Of a stretch of DNA of 52,199 bases, positions 43,676-50,851 are shown piece after piece. Position numbers and translations under genes: made by a program. Every line of letters begins with the position of its first letter. Within the stretch, counting starts at the first letter, position 1. Below the pieces are notes generated by a model. That model had not been told where the DNA came from, ran no database searches, and saw only the letters and a list, made by a program, of their open reading frames with translations. This stretch comes from Clostridia bacterium (GTDB lineage: Bacteria; Bacillota; Clostridia; Oscillospirales; Acutalibacteraceae): the NCBI GenBank assembly GCA_024404755.1, contig JAKSPN010000001.1:1-52199 (forward strand). The letters are read 5' to 3'.

Positions 43676-44227
43676 TTACTCCACAATCTCCACCGTCATC
43701 CCGTGAGCGTTTGCAAACTCCTCGGCATAACTGCCCTTGTGGCAGGCAATCACCGTTTTGCACCCCTCGTCAAAGGTGTGTTCCCCGATGTCCTTTACGC
43801 TGTCGGGAACGTAGATTTTCGGCACGTCCGGCATATTGTGGAACAGATAATCACCAAAATTCGGCACACCGTCGGTAAACACCATATAGCGTTTTGCTTC
43901 ATCATTATACAAGCCGATGACGTTGGGGGTCGGTTCACTTGCGGGCCCGTTTGTAAAATACGACTCATCAAAATCCCGCATTTTGGTCACGGGCACGTCA
44001 TTATAGGTTGAATCTCCGCACCATACAAACAAATCGTACCCTTCGCCGTTCTTATCCAGAAAATGACCGTGGTCACAGTTAAGGTAGTTACCCGATGCAC
44101 ACGCACATTTGATGTTGAATTGGCTCGAATGGTTGCGGGCATCAAAAATATCGTCGGGGTTAAGCGCGCACCCAACGGCAGCCAGCAAGACAAAACAAAG
44201 TACAAAAGCAAGCACGATGTGTTTCAT
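43676..44227 (-). CDS. lipoprotein with CxCx7CxHxH motif and a C-terminal BspA-type LRR-like unit (copy 1)
   Basis: Start set at ATG 44227 (MKHIVLAFVLCFVLLAAVGC lipobox) with AAAGGGGA RBS. The C-terminus IYVPDSVKDIGEHTFDEGCKTVIACHKGSYAEEFA resembles a single LRR_5 unit. Confidence 0.75.
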   Translation of the reverse strand: MKHIVLAFVLCFVLLAAVGCALNPDDIFDARNHSSQFNIKCACASGNYLNCDHGHFLDKNGEGYDLFVWCGDSTYNDVPVTKMRDFDESYFTNGPASEPTPNVIGLYNDEAKRYMVFTDGVPNFGDYLFHNMPDVPKIYVPDSVKDIGEHTFDEGCKTVIACHKGSYAEEFANAHGMTVEIVE

Positions 44228-44245
44228 AAAAATCCCCTTTCGTTT

Positions 44246-44290
44246 GTAAAGTGTATTATCTTCACAGAGAACCATATACGTATAGTTCAC
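44246..44290 (-). pseudogene. remnant of the GIY-YIG gene 5' end (15 codons), left by the tandem duplication
   Basis: GTG AAC TAT ACG TAT ATG GTT CTC TGT GAA GAT AAT ACA CTT TAC encodes VNYTYMVLCEDNTLY. It stops at the duplication junction and lacks the rest of the GIY-YIG domain. Confidence 0.8.
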
Positions 44291-44343
44291 TTTCCCGCCC
44301 CTTTCAGCGTTTTTTGCATAGATTACATACACAAAGCCCTATC

Positions 44344-44976
44344 TTACTCCACAATTTCCACCGTCATCCCGTGAGCGTTTGCAAACTCCTCGGCATAACT
44401 GCCCTTGTGGCAGGCAATCACCGTTTTGCACCCCTCGTCAAAGGTGTGTTCCCCGATGTCCTTTACGCTGTCGGGAACGTAGATTTTCGGCACGTCCGGC
44501 ATATTGTGGAACAGATAATCACCAAAATTCGGCACACCGTCGGTAAACACCATATAGCGTTTTGTGTTGTCACCGTAGGCCTCGATAACATTGGGGTCCG
44601 GCTCATCCTCTGACTCTTTCACAAAACAGGACTCGTCAAAATCCCGCATTTTGGTTACCGGCACACCGTCAAGGGTTGCGTTTTCGCGCCACACAAACAA
44701 ATCGTACCCTTCGCCGTTCTTATCCAAAAAATGACCGTGGTCACAGTTAAGTCGACTGCCCAAAGCACAAGCACAGCGGATATTGAACTCACTCGAATGG
44801 TTGCGGGCATCAAAAATATCGTCAGGGTCAAGTGCCTCGGTGGGCATTATCGCCGCCGTCTGTGTTGCCGTCACCGTCGGTGTCGGTGTACTCTCCGTTT
44901 TTGTCGGAGCAACGTCGCACCCAACGGTAGCCAGCAAGACAAAACAAAGTACAAAAGCAAGCACGATGTGTTTCAT
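44344..44976 (-). CDS. lipoprotein with CxCx7CxHxH motif and a C-terminal LRR-like unit (copy 2, with an extra Thr/Pro linker)
   Basis: Start set at ATG 44976, with the same signal peptide as copy 1. It has an extra DVAPTKTESTPTPTVTATQTAAIMPTEAL segment and a C-terminal 73 aa essentially identical to copy 1. Confidence 0.75.
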   Translation of the reverse strand: MKHIVLAFVLCFVLLATVGCDVAPTKTESTPTPTVTATQTAAIMPTEALDPDDIFDARNHSSEFNIRCACALGSRLNCDHGHFLDKNGEGYDLFVWRENATLDGVPVTKMRDFDESCFVKESEDEPDPNVIEAYGDNTKRYMVFTDGVPNFGDYLFHNMPDVPKIYVPDSVKDIGEHTFDEGCKTVIACHKGSYAEEFANAHGMTVEIVE

Positions 44977-45048
44977 AAAAAACTCCCCTTTCGTTTCGCC
45001 AATTTCATTGGCTTCTATTACCATAACGAACGAGAACGCAAATGTATT

Positions 45049-45081
45049 GGAAAATTTTGAAATTTTTTTGAAAAATTTTCC
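45049..45081. promoter_or_regulatory. AT-rich 10-bp perfect inverted repeat in the leader of the lipoprotein cluster
   Basis: GGAAAATTTT, 13 nt, then AAAATTTTCC. It lies between the predicted promoter (45090-45118) and ATG 44976. Confidence 0.5.
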
Positions 45082-45089
45082 GTAAGTTC

Positions 45090-45118
45090 AGTATAGCACG
45101 TTTTTCGCCGCCCGACAA
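45090..45118 (-). promoter_or_regulatory. candidate promoter of the lipoprotein / GIY-YIG cluster
   Basis: Minus strand reads TTGTCG, a 17-nt spacer ending in TGC, then TATACT. Confidence 0.5.
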
Positions 45119-45142
45119 GGGGGTTTTTGCGCCGACCAAGCA

Positions 45143-45180
45143 CAAAACAAAAACCCGCCTGCCAATCGGCAAGCGGGTTT
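45143..45180 (-). terminator. rho-independent terminator of pfp
   Basis: Stem CCCGCCTGCC/GGCAAGCGGG (one mismatch), followed on the minus strand by TTTTTGTTTTG. Confidence 0.7.
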
Positions 45181-45192
45181 CAAATTCAGCGA

Positions 45193-46440
45193 TTAGACGC
45201 GGACTTTTTTCAGGTTGGCGAAGCGCGGCAGGCCGTCTTCTTTCACCATTTCGGTCTCGCCTTGAATCAGCGGGAGCGCGTAGTCAACGTAGAGGTCGTT
45301 CAGGCCGTCTTGGGTTTTGTTGAGCCAGGACAGCGGGACTTTCTTCTCGGTGTTGGCGACAACGGTCAAATCGAACAGTTTGATGTTGCATTTGTAGTTG
45401 CCGTTCTCATCGGTGGAGCGCTCGAAGCCGACCATCTTATCGGTCACGCCGGCGATGGCATTCTCGACCGCCGCTTTACCGGAGGCAAAGGACTCGTCGA
45501 TATCGGTTTTGGAAGCGCAATGCGCGGCGCAGCGCTGAAGCAGGCTCAACTCGATGCCGCGGACTTTCGCGCCGGTCTCGCGCTGCACAACGGACGCGAG
45601 GTAAGCGGCAAGACCGCCCATCTGCGCGTGGCCGAAACTGTCTTTCTGTTGCGCCGAAGCGGTCGCGTACTCGGCAATGTATTTACCGTCTTTGTCGTGG
45701 ATACCCTCGGACACGGCAACGATGCATTTGCCGTTGCGGTCATAGATATCACGGACTTTCTCCAGGAAGGAGTTCATATCGAAATCGACTTCCGGCAGAT
45801 AGATGAGGTCCGCACCGTTGCCTTTCGCACCGGCGAGAGCGGCGGCGGCGGTCAGCCAGCCGGCGTTGCGGCCCATGATCTCCACCACGGTGATCATACC
45901 GGTGTCGTACACGCGCGCGTCACGATAAATCTCCATCATCGAGGTGGCGATGTATTTCGCGGCGGAAGCGTAACCCGGGCAGTGGTCGGTACCGTCGAGG
46001 TCGTTGTCGATGGTCTTCGGAATGCCCATCACGCGGCACTCATAGCCGTTTTGGAGCATAAATTTCGAGATTTTGTTGCAGGTGTCCATGGAGTCGTTGC
46101 CGCCGTTGTAGAAGAAGTAGCGGACGTTGTATTTCTGGAAGATTTCGAGAATGCGTTTGTAATCGGTATCGTCGTCATCCGGATCTTTCAGTTTATAGCG
46201 GCAGGAGCCGAGCGCCGAAGACGGGGTGAATTTGAGGAGTTCGAGTTCTTCCGGATCCTCTTTACCCATATCGATGAGGTTGTCGTTCAGCACGCCTTTG
46301 ATGCCGTTGAGGGCACCGTAAACCGCCGTGATATCCTCGCTTTCGAGCGCGGTTTTGATCGCGCCGTACGCGCTGGCGTTAATGACGGAGGTCGGGCCGC
46401 CGGACTGACCGATGATGCAAGCACCTTTAAGAGTTCCCAT
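45193..46440 (-). CDS. pfp: pyrophosphate-dependent 6-phosphofructokinase (diphosphate-fructose-6-phosphate 1-phosphotransferase)
   Basis: PFK fold. GGNDS replaces the GGDGS of ATP-PFKs, and PKTIDND replaces PGTIDND. This gives Asp and Lys at the two positions known to discriminate PPi- from ATP-dependent PFKs. Confidence 0.82.
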   Translation of the reverse strand: MGTLKGACIIGQSGGPTSVINASAYGAIKTALESEDITAVYGALNGIKGVLNDNLIDMGKEDPEELELLKFTPSSALGSCRYKLKDPDDDDTDYKRILEIFQKYNVRYFFYNGGNDSMDTCNKISKFMLQNGYECRVMGIPKTIDNDLDGTDHCPGYASAAKYIATSMMEIYRDARVYDTGMITVVEIMGRNAGWLTAAAALAGAKGNGADLIYLPEVDFDMNSFLEKVRDIYDRNGKCIVAVSEGIHDKDGKYIAEYATASAQQKDSFGHAQMGGLAAYLASVVQRETGAKVRGIELSLLQRCAAHCASKTDIDESFASGKAAVENAIAGVTDKMVGFERSTDENGNYKCNIKLFDLTVVANTEKKVPLSWLNKTQDGLNDLYVDYALPLIQGETEMVKEDGLPRFANLKKVRV

Positions 46441-46568
46441 AGTTTTTTACCACCTTTTTTGATAAAATTTAGAACACGAAAATTGTACCATATTCTCCGA
46501 AAAATTGCAATCGTTTTTTGCCAAAAAGACAAGAATTGAGCCATTTTTTCAAATTCCCGCAAAAAGTG

Positions 46569-46597
46569 TTGACGAATAGAATAAAAGCGGTTAAAAT
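46569..46597 (+). promoter_or_regulatory. candidate promoter of the DUF1015-oadB-oadG operon
   Basis: TTGACG, a 17-nt spacer, then TAAAAT, 46 nt upstream of ATG 46644. Confidence 0.55.
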
Positions 46598-46643
46598 ATA
46601 GGGGTATTTGTAAAAACTCTATAAAAAGAATCGAGGAATCCCT

Positions 46644-47912
46644 ATGGCCAACATTGCCCCCTTCCGTGCCCTGCGGTTTACCGCCGGCGCCGGCGACATC
46701 GACGAACTCTGCTGCCCGCCTTATGACATTATTTCGGACGACCAGCGCCGCGCTTTTCTCGGCACGAACGAGAAAAACATCATCCGCTTGGAACTCCCCC
46801 GCGAGGGCGAAAACCCCTATGCGGTCGCGGGCGACACGCTGAAAGCGTGGCTTGAAAGCGGCGCGCTCAAACAAGACGATGAGCCCGCTTTGTACGTTTA
46901 TCAGGAAGAATTCGTCGCTTACGGCAAACCGTACACCCTGCGCGGCTTCACCTGCACCGTCGAACTGCAACCGTTCTCGGCGGGCGTGGTACTTCCGCAC
47001 GAGGAAACCCTCTCGAAAGCGAAACAAGACCGCTTTGATTTGATGTGCGCTACCGGTTGCAATTTCAGCCAAATCTACTCGCTGTATGACGACCCCGACC
47101 GCGCGGTCGATGCCATTCTCGATAAATTCTGCACCTCCGAGCCCGCCGCCCGCTTTACGGATGCGGACGACGTGATTCACTCGCTGTGGGTCGTGCCGGA
47201 TTGCGACGACGTGCGCGCCGTGTGCCAACTGTTCGAGGACAAAAAACTCTACATCGCCGACGGCCACCACCGCTATGAAACCGCGCTTCGCTACCGCGAC
47301 CATCTGCGCGCCGAGGGCGGCGAAACCGGCTCGTCCGACCGCGTGATGATGTTCCTTTGCGCCATGCAGCACGACGGGCTTGTAGTGTTCCCCACCCACC
47401 GCGTGATTCACAATATCGACGGCTTCGACAGTATGAATTTCCTCAAAGAGGCCGCCGCGGTGTGCGAGGTGCTTCCCCTCGCCAACTTCGAGGATATCGA
47501 GCCGCGCCTTAACGCGGTGTACGAAGCCGGCGGCAAAGCGTTCGGTTACTACGACGGCGAAAAAGCGGCGCTGCTCACCGTTTCCGACCTCGACCAGATG
47601 AAAGCCCTGCTTCCGAACGCCTCTCAAGCCCTCCGCGAGTTGGACGTGACGCTCCTGCACTCTCTCCTGCTCGAGCGCCTTTGCGGTATCGACAAAGCGG
47701 CGATGGCGGCGGGCGGCAAACTCACCTACACCCGCGATGCGGCGGAGGCGAAAGCGCTCACCGACAACGGCGCGGATGCGTGCTTTATCTTAAACCCCAC
47801 CCGCGTGACCGAAATCAGCGCGGTGGCGCGCGAGGGCGAAAAAATGCCGCAAAAATCCACCTATTTCTACCCGAAACTGATTACCGGTCTTACGATGAAC
47901 AAACTTCTGTGA
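46644..47912 (+). CDS. DUF1015 (COG4198) family protein
   Basis: N-terminal PFRALRF...CPPYDIIS and central ADGHHRYETAL, as I recall them for DUF1015. 422 aa. Confidence 0.72.
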   Translation: MANIAPFRALRFTAGAGDIDELCCPPYDIISDDQRRAFLGTNEKNIIRLELPREGENPYAVAGDTLKAWLESGALKQDDEPALYVYQEEFVAYGKPYTLRGFTCTVELQPFSAGVVLPHEETLSKAKQDRFDLMCATGCNFSQIYSLYDDPDRAVDAILDKFCTSEPAARFTDADDVIHSLWVVPDCDDVRAVCQLFEDKKLYIADGHHRYETALRYRDHLRAEGGETGSSDRVMMFLCAMQHDGLVVFPTHRVIHNIDGFDSMNFLKEAAAVCEVLPLANFEDIEPRLNAVYEAGGKAFGYYDGEKAALLTVSDLDQMKALLPNASQALRELDVTLLHSLLLERLCGIDKAAMAAGGKLTYTRDAAEAKALTDNGADACFILNPTRVTEISAVAREGEKMPQKSTYFYPKLITGLTMNKLL

Positions 47913-47922
47913 GGTGCTTTGA

Positions 47923-49053
47923 ATGACCTTTTTTGAACCGCTTGTTCAAAACCTGCTGTTGATGTTTCAAGACGGCAGTTGGTGGAAACTGATGACTATG
48001 TGGGTCATCGGCGGCTTGCTCATTTTCCTCGCCATTAAAAAGGAAATGGAGCCGTCGCTCCTGCTTCCCATCGGCTTCGGCGCGATTTTAGTCAACTTGC
48101 CGGGACTGTCCGACGGACTGCACAACCTGACGTTTCTTTACGACGTGGGTGTCAAATCGCAGGAACTGTTGCCGCTGATTCTCTTTATCGGCATCGGCGC
48201 GATGATTGACTTCGGCCCGCTGCTCTCAAACCCCAAACTGATGCTCTTCGGTGCGGCGGCGCAGTTCGGCATTTTTTTCACGTTCGCGATGGCGAGCGTG
48301 TGCGGCTTTGATTTGCGCGATGCGGCATCCATCTCGATTATCGGCGCGGCGGACGGCCCGACCTCTATCGTCGTGGCGCAGGAGCTCGGCTCGAAATACC
48401 TGCCCGCGATTATCGTCGCCGCCTACTCGTATATGGCGCTTGTGCCGATTATTCAGCCGCCGATTATCAAGTTGCTCACCACCAAAAACGAGCGACTCAT
48501 CCGGATGCCCTACGCACCGCAATCGGTCAGCAAACTCACCCGCATCCTCTTCCCGATTTTGGCGACCGTCATCACCGGCGTAATTGCGCCGGACAGCGTG
48601 GAACTCATCGGTTTCTTGATGTTCGGCAACCTCATCCGCGAATGCGGCGTTTTGAACAGTTTGTCCGAAACCGCCCAAAACGTCCTCGCCAACCTCGTGA
48701 CGCTGTTCCTCGGCATCACGGTGGCAGTCGGTATGAAAGCCGAAGCGTTTTTAACGTGGCAGACGTTGCTCATCCTGGGGCTCGGCTTGGTCGCGTTTGT
48801 CTTTGACACCGCGGGCGGCGTGGTGTTCGCCAAATTCCTCAATCTGTTCTTAAAAGAAAAAATCAACCCGATGATCGGCGCGGCGGGCATTTCGGCATTC
48901 CCGATGTCCGCGCGTATCGTCCACAAGCTCGGGCGCGAGGAAGACAGCCAAAACTTCCTGCTTCCCCACGCCATCGGGGTCAACGTCTCCGGTCAGGTGG
49001 CTTCCGTCGTTGCCGGCGGTCTGATGCTCCACCTCGTTTCCGGTCTTTTGTAA
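47923..49053 (+). CDS. sodium ion-translocating decarboxylase beta subunit (OadB/GcdB/MmdB family)
   Basis: Polytopic 376-aa protein with IIGAADGPTS, FGNLIRECG and AGISAFPMSAR, the conserved elements of the OadB family. It starts 10 nt after the DUF1015 stop. Confidence 0.85.
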   Translation: MTFFEPLVQNLLLMFQDGSWWKLMTMWVIGGLLIFLAIKKEMEPSLLLPIGFGAILVNLPGLSDGLHNLTFLYDVGVKSQELLPLILFIGIGAMIDFGPLLSNPKLMLFGAAAQFGIFFTFAMASVCGFDLRDAASISIIGAADGPTSIVVAQELGSKYLPAIIVAAYSYMALVPIIQPPIIKLLTTKNERLIRMPYAPQSVSKLTRILFPILATVITGVIAPDSVELIGFLMFGNLIRECGVLNSLSETAQNVLANLVTLFLGITVAVGMKAEAFLTWQTLLILGLGLVAFVFDTAGGVVFAKFLNLFLKEKINPMIGAAGISAFPMSARIVHKLGREEDSQNFLLPHAIGVNVSGQVASVVAGGLMLHLVSGLL

Positions 49054-49065
49054 GGAGGAACGCGT

Positions 49066-49206
49066 ATGCTTTTAATGACCTCTCTTTCCACGGTACTGTC
49101 GGTCATCGGCCAAGGGCTTATCGGCGTGTTCGTCGTTTTGGGTCTGTTGGCTCTCGCGGTGCTCATCCTCAACAAAACGACCGGCGACAAGCCGAAAGAC
49201 GAATAA
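49066..49206 (+). CDS. OadG-like small single-TM subunit (46 aa, below the ORF-track cut-off)
   Basis: TAAGGAGGAACGCGT-ATG. The product is MLLMTSLSTVLSVIGQGLIGVFVVLGLLALAVLILNKTTGDKPKDE. One TM helix plus a charged tail is the pattern of decarboxylase gamma subunits. Confidence 0.6.
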   Translation: MLLMTSLSTVLSVIGQGLIGVFVVLGLLALAVLILNKTTGDKPKDE

Positions 49207-49213
49207 ACCTACC

Positions 49214-49252
49214 AAAAAACGGCTCAGAAACGTTGTTTCCGAGCCGTTTTCT
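49214..49252. terminator. bidirectional terminator between the oadG-like and SPOCS/LysM genes
   Basis: 12-bp stem CGGCTCAGAAAC/GTTTCCGAGCCG (one mismatch) flanked by A and T runs. Confidence 0.7.
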
Positions 49253-50758
49253 TTATGCCAGCGGTACTAAAAGCATCGTGCGTTTGTCTAACACGTCCGC
49301 TTCGAGTTCGTTTTCGATTTTCAGCGCTTCCACCGACGTGTGGGCGGCTTTTGCCACGTCCCAAAGGGTCTCGCCCGCATCGGCATAGACGATTTTCACC
49401 GCCGCAGCCGAAGCGGGATAGGCGGCGCTCTCGTCCCCCGTAATCGCCGTCACCGCCACGGCGCTCGTTTCGGCATATTGGCGGCGGCAAGCGCAAAGCG
49501 TGGCTTTCACGGTCAGTTGCCCCTCCGCTTCGGAAAGCGCCTCGCAGGAAGTCACCGCAAACGCGGTTTCTTCGCCGCTTCCCACCGCCGCAAGCGTTTC
49601 GGAAAACTCCGTCGTGTGGTCAAGATACTGGATTTGCCCGTCGGCGCTCTCGGTCAGCAAATGCACCGCGAGCCGCCCGCGTAAAAGCCGCACACCGTCG
49701 CCGTTTTCGTGCGAAAGCGGCGTTGCCTCGCACCACACCGCGCGCACGCTCGCCACGTTGTCCGCCGAAAGCGTCTCGGAAACGGTCAGCGGCTCGCTCG
49801 AAACCGCAAGCAGTCGCCGCCCCGTCACCGCGCCCGTTTCCAAAGAAACCGGCATAGAAGCGGCATAAGCATCGGTCACGACGGTGGCGGTCTCCTCTTT
49901 CCACGCCTGCACCGAAAGCAACAGTTTTGTGGTCGAAACCAACACGGTTTCGCCGTTTTCCTCCTCCAACCGCAGGTGATGTGCCGTCACCCGCACCCGC
50001 GCATCGACCGTGGTATTTTCGTCCGTTCCCGCCAAATCCACCATCTGGCTGAACGGAAGCGAAAAGCGGCGTTCTGCCGTTTTTCCGCTGTCCCCGTCGC
50101 ACAAAAGAAGCGCTGTTATCACCAAATCGCCTTTGACAATCACCTTGCCCGCCAGCACCTTGGTTTCGGTCACCGTCGGCACGGCGCAACTGCGCACCAC
50201 ACGCTCGGCACCGTCGGCGTTCCCCAGCGCCTCGTTCACCGAAAACGGCTTTTGCGCCCATCCCGCCGGAACGCCGGACGTCACCGGCGCGGTTTTCAAA
50301 AACACGCCGCCGTCCTCCACGCCCGCAAGCGCGGTTTGCTCGCCGGTGGACACCGCCGCCGCGTGAACGCGCACCGCGCCGTGAATATCGAGCCTTCGCG
50401 GGCTGACGGCGCGGCAATGCACGTAATCCGCCTCGGCGGTCACGTCCGCCGCCATCTCGCCCACCCGCCCGTCGCAGGAAAAGGACGCGGCGAACGCTTG
50501 GCTCATTTCGTAGGTGTAGACGGTTTTACGCTCCTCGTCCAGATACAGCACCCGCAAAAGCGCCGTGCCGTCGGCGGTGAGTTTGTCGCCGTTTTGCCCG
50601 CACGCCGTCACCGACGGCACAAGTTCGCAGGTGAGAATCGCCGCCACGTCGGGACAGTAATCGGGCAGCACCACGTCCGCGTCAATCGGGCGCTCGTCGG
50701 TGGCATCGAGCAACGCCGACACCGTTTGTATGGTTTGCATCTTGGTCTTAAATTCCAT
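49253..50758 (-). CDS. DUF3794 (SPOCS) domain protein with a C-terminal LysM
   Basis: VVLPDYCPDVAAIL is the hallmark start of DUF3794 units. The C-terminal VKIVYADAGETLWDVAKAAHTSVEALKIENEL is LysM-like. Start set at ATG 50758 with GAGGGAGAG RBS. Confidence 0.75.
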   Translation of the reverse strand: MEFKTKMQTIQTVSALLDATDERPIDADVVLPDYCPDVAAILTCELVPSVTACGQNGDKLTADGTALLRVLYLDEERKTVYTYEMSQAFAASFSCDGRVGEMAADVTAEADYVHCRAVSPRRLDIHGAVRVHAAAVSTGEQTALAGVEDGGVFLKTAPVTSGVPAGWAQKPFSVNEALGNADGAERVVRSCAVPTVTETKVLAGKVIVKGDLVITALLLCDGDSGKTAERRFSLPFSQMVDLAGTDENTTVDARVRVTAHHLRLEEENGETVLVSTTKLLLSVQAWKEETATVVTDAYAASMPVSLETGAVTGRRLLAVSSEPLTVSETLSADNVASVRAVWCEATPLSHENGDGVRLLRGRLAVHLLTESADGQIQYLDHTTEFSETLAAVGSGEETAFAVTSCEALSEAEGQLTVKATLCACRRQYAETSAVAVTAITGDESAAYPASAAAVKIVYADAGETLWDVAKAAHTSVEALKIENELEADVLDKRTMLLVPLA

Positions 50759-50809
50759 AGGTTGTCTCTCCCTCACAAAGGATTTTGTATATCCTTATGC
50801 GAGAGCGCA

Positions 50810-50842
50810 GAAAAAAAGACCGTCCGCAGACGGTCTTTTTTG
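50810..50842 (-). terminator. rho-independent terminator of the EamA transporter gene
   Basis: AGACCGTC-CGCA-GACGGTCT, with a T run on the minus strand. Confidence 0.7.
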
Positions 50843-50851
50843 TAGCATAAA

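Larger units (their letters stand above)
43578..44996 (-). repeat. tandem direct duplication (unit 1 43578-44245, unit 2 44246-44996)
   Basis: Each unit holds the first ~45 nt of the GIY-YIG gene, its upstream region, and a lipoprotein gene. 43676-43895 and 44344-44563 differ at only one position that I could find. The signal-peptide region (~60 nt) is also near-identical, while the centre has diverged. Confidence 0.85.

Noticed and set aside
43365-43763. 132-aa version of the GIY-YIG ORF starting at ATG 43763
   Set aside because: The first ~47 codons overlap the 3' end of lipoprotein copy 1 and are not GIY-YIG-like. A TTG at 43622 with a good RBS gives the canonical domain start (MNYTYMVLC...).
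43676-45024. N-terminally extended versions of the two lipoprotein ORFs (starts at 44332 and 45024)
   Set aside because: Internal ATGs at 44227 and 44976 carry RBSs and open directly with a signal peptide and lipobox. The extension of copy 1 is the GIY-YIG remnant, discussed separately as a possible alternative start.
43365-45120. Mobile element (homing endonuclease, intron or transposon) interpretation of the GIY-YIG islet
   Set aside because: There is no intron or intein host gene, no terminal inverted repeats or target-site duplication that I could see, and no transposase or integrase. The 85-aa protein is the stand-alone URI-domain type, without a DNA-binding extension. A simple tandem duplication explains the repeats.
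45127-47660. 470-aa (+) and 457-aa (-) ORFs antisense to pfp and DUF1015
   Set aside because: They mirror genuine genes, and both cross the AT-rich divergent promoter region without start signals.
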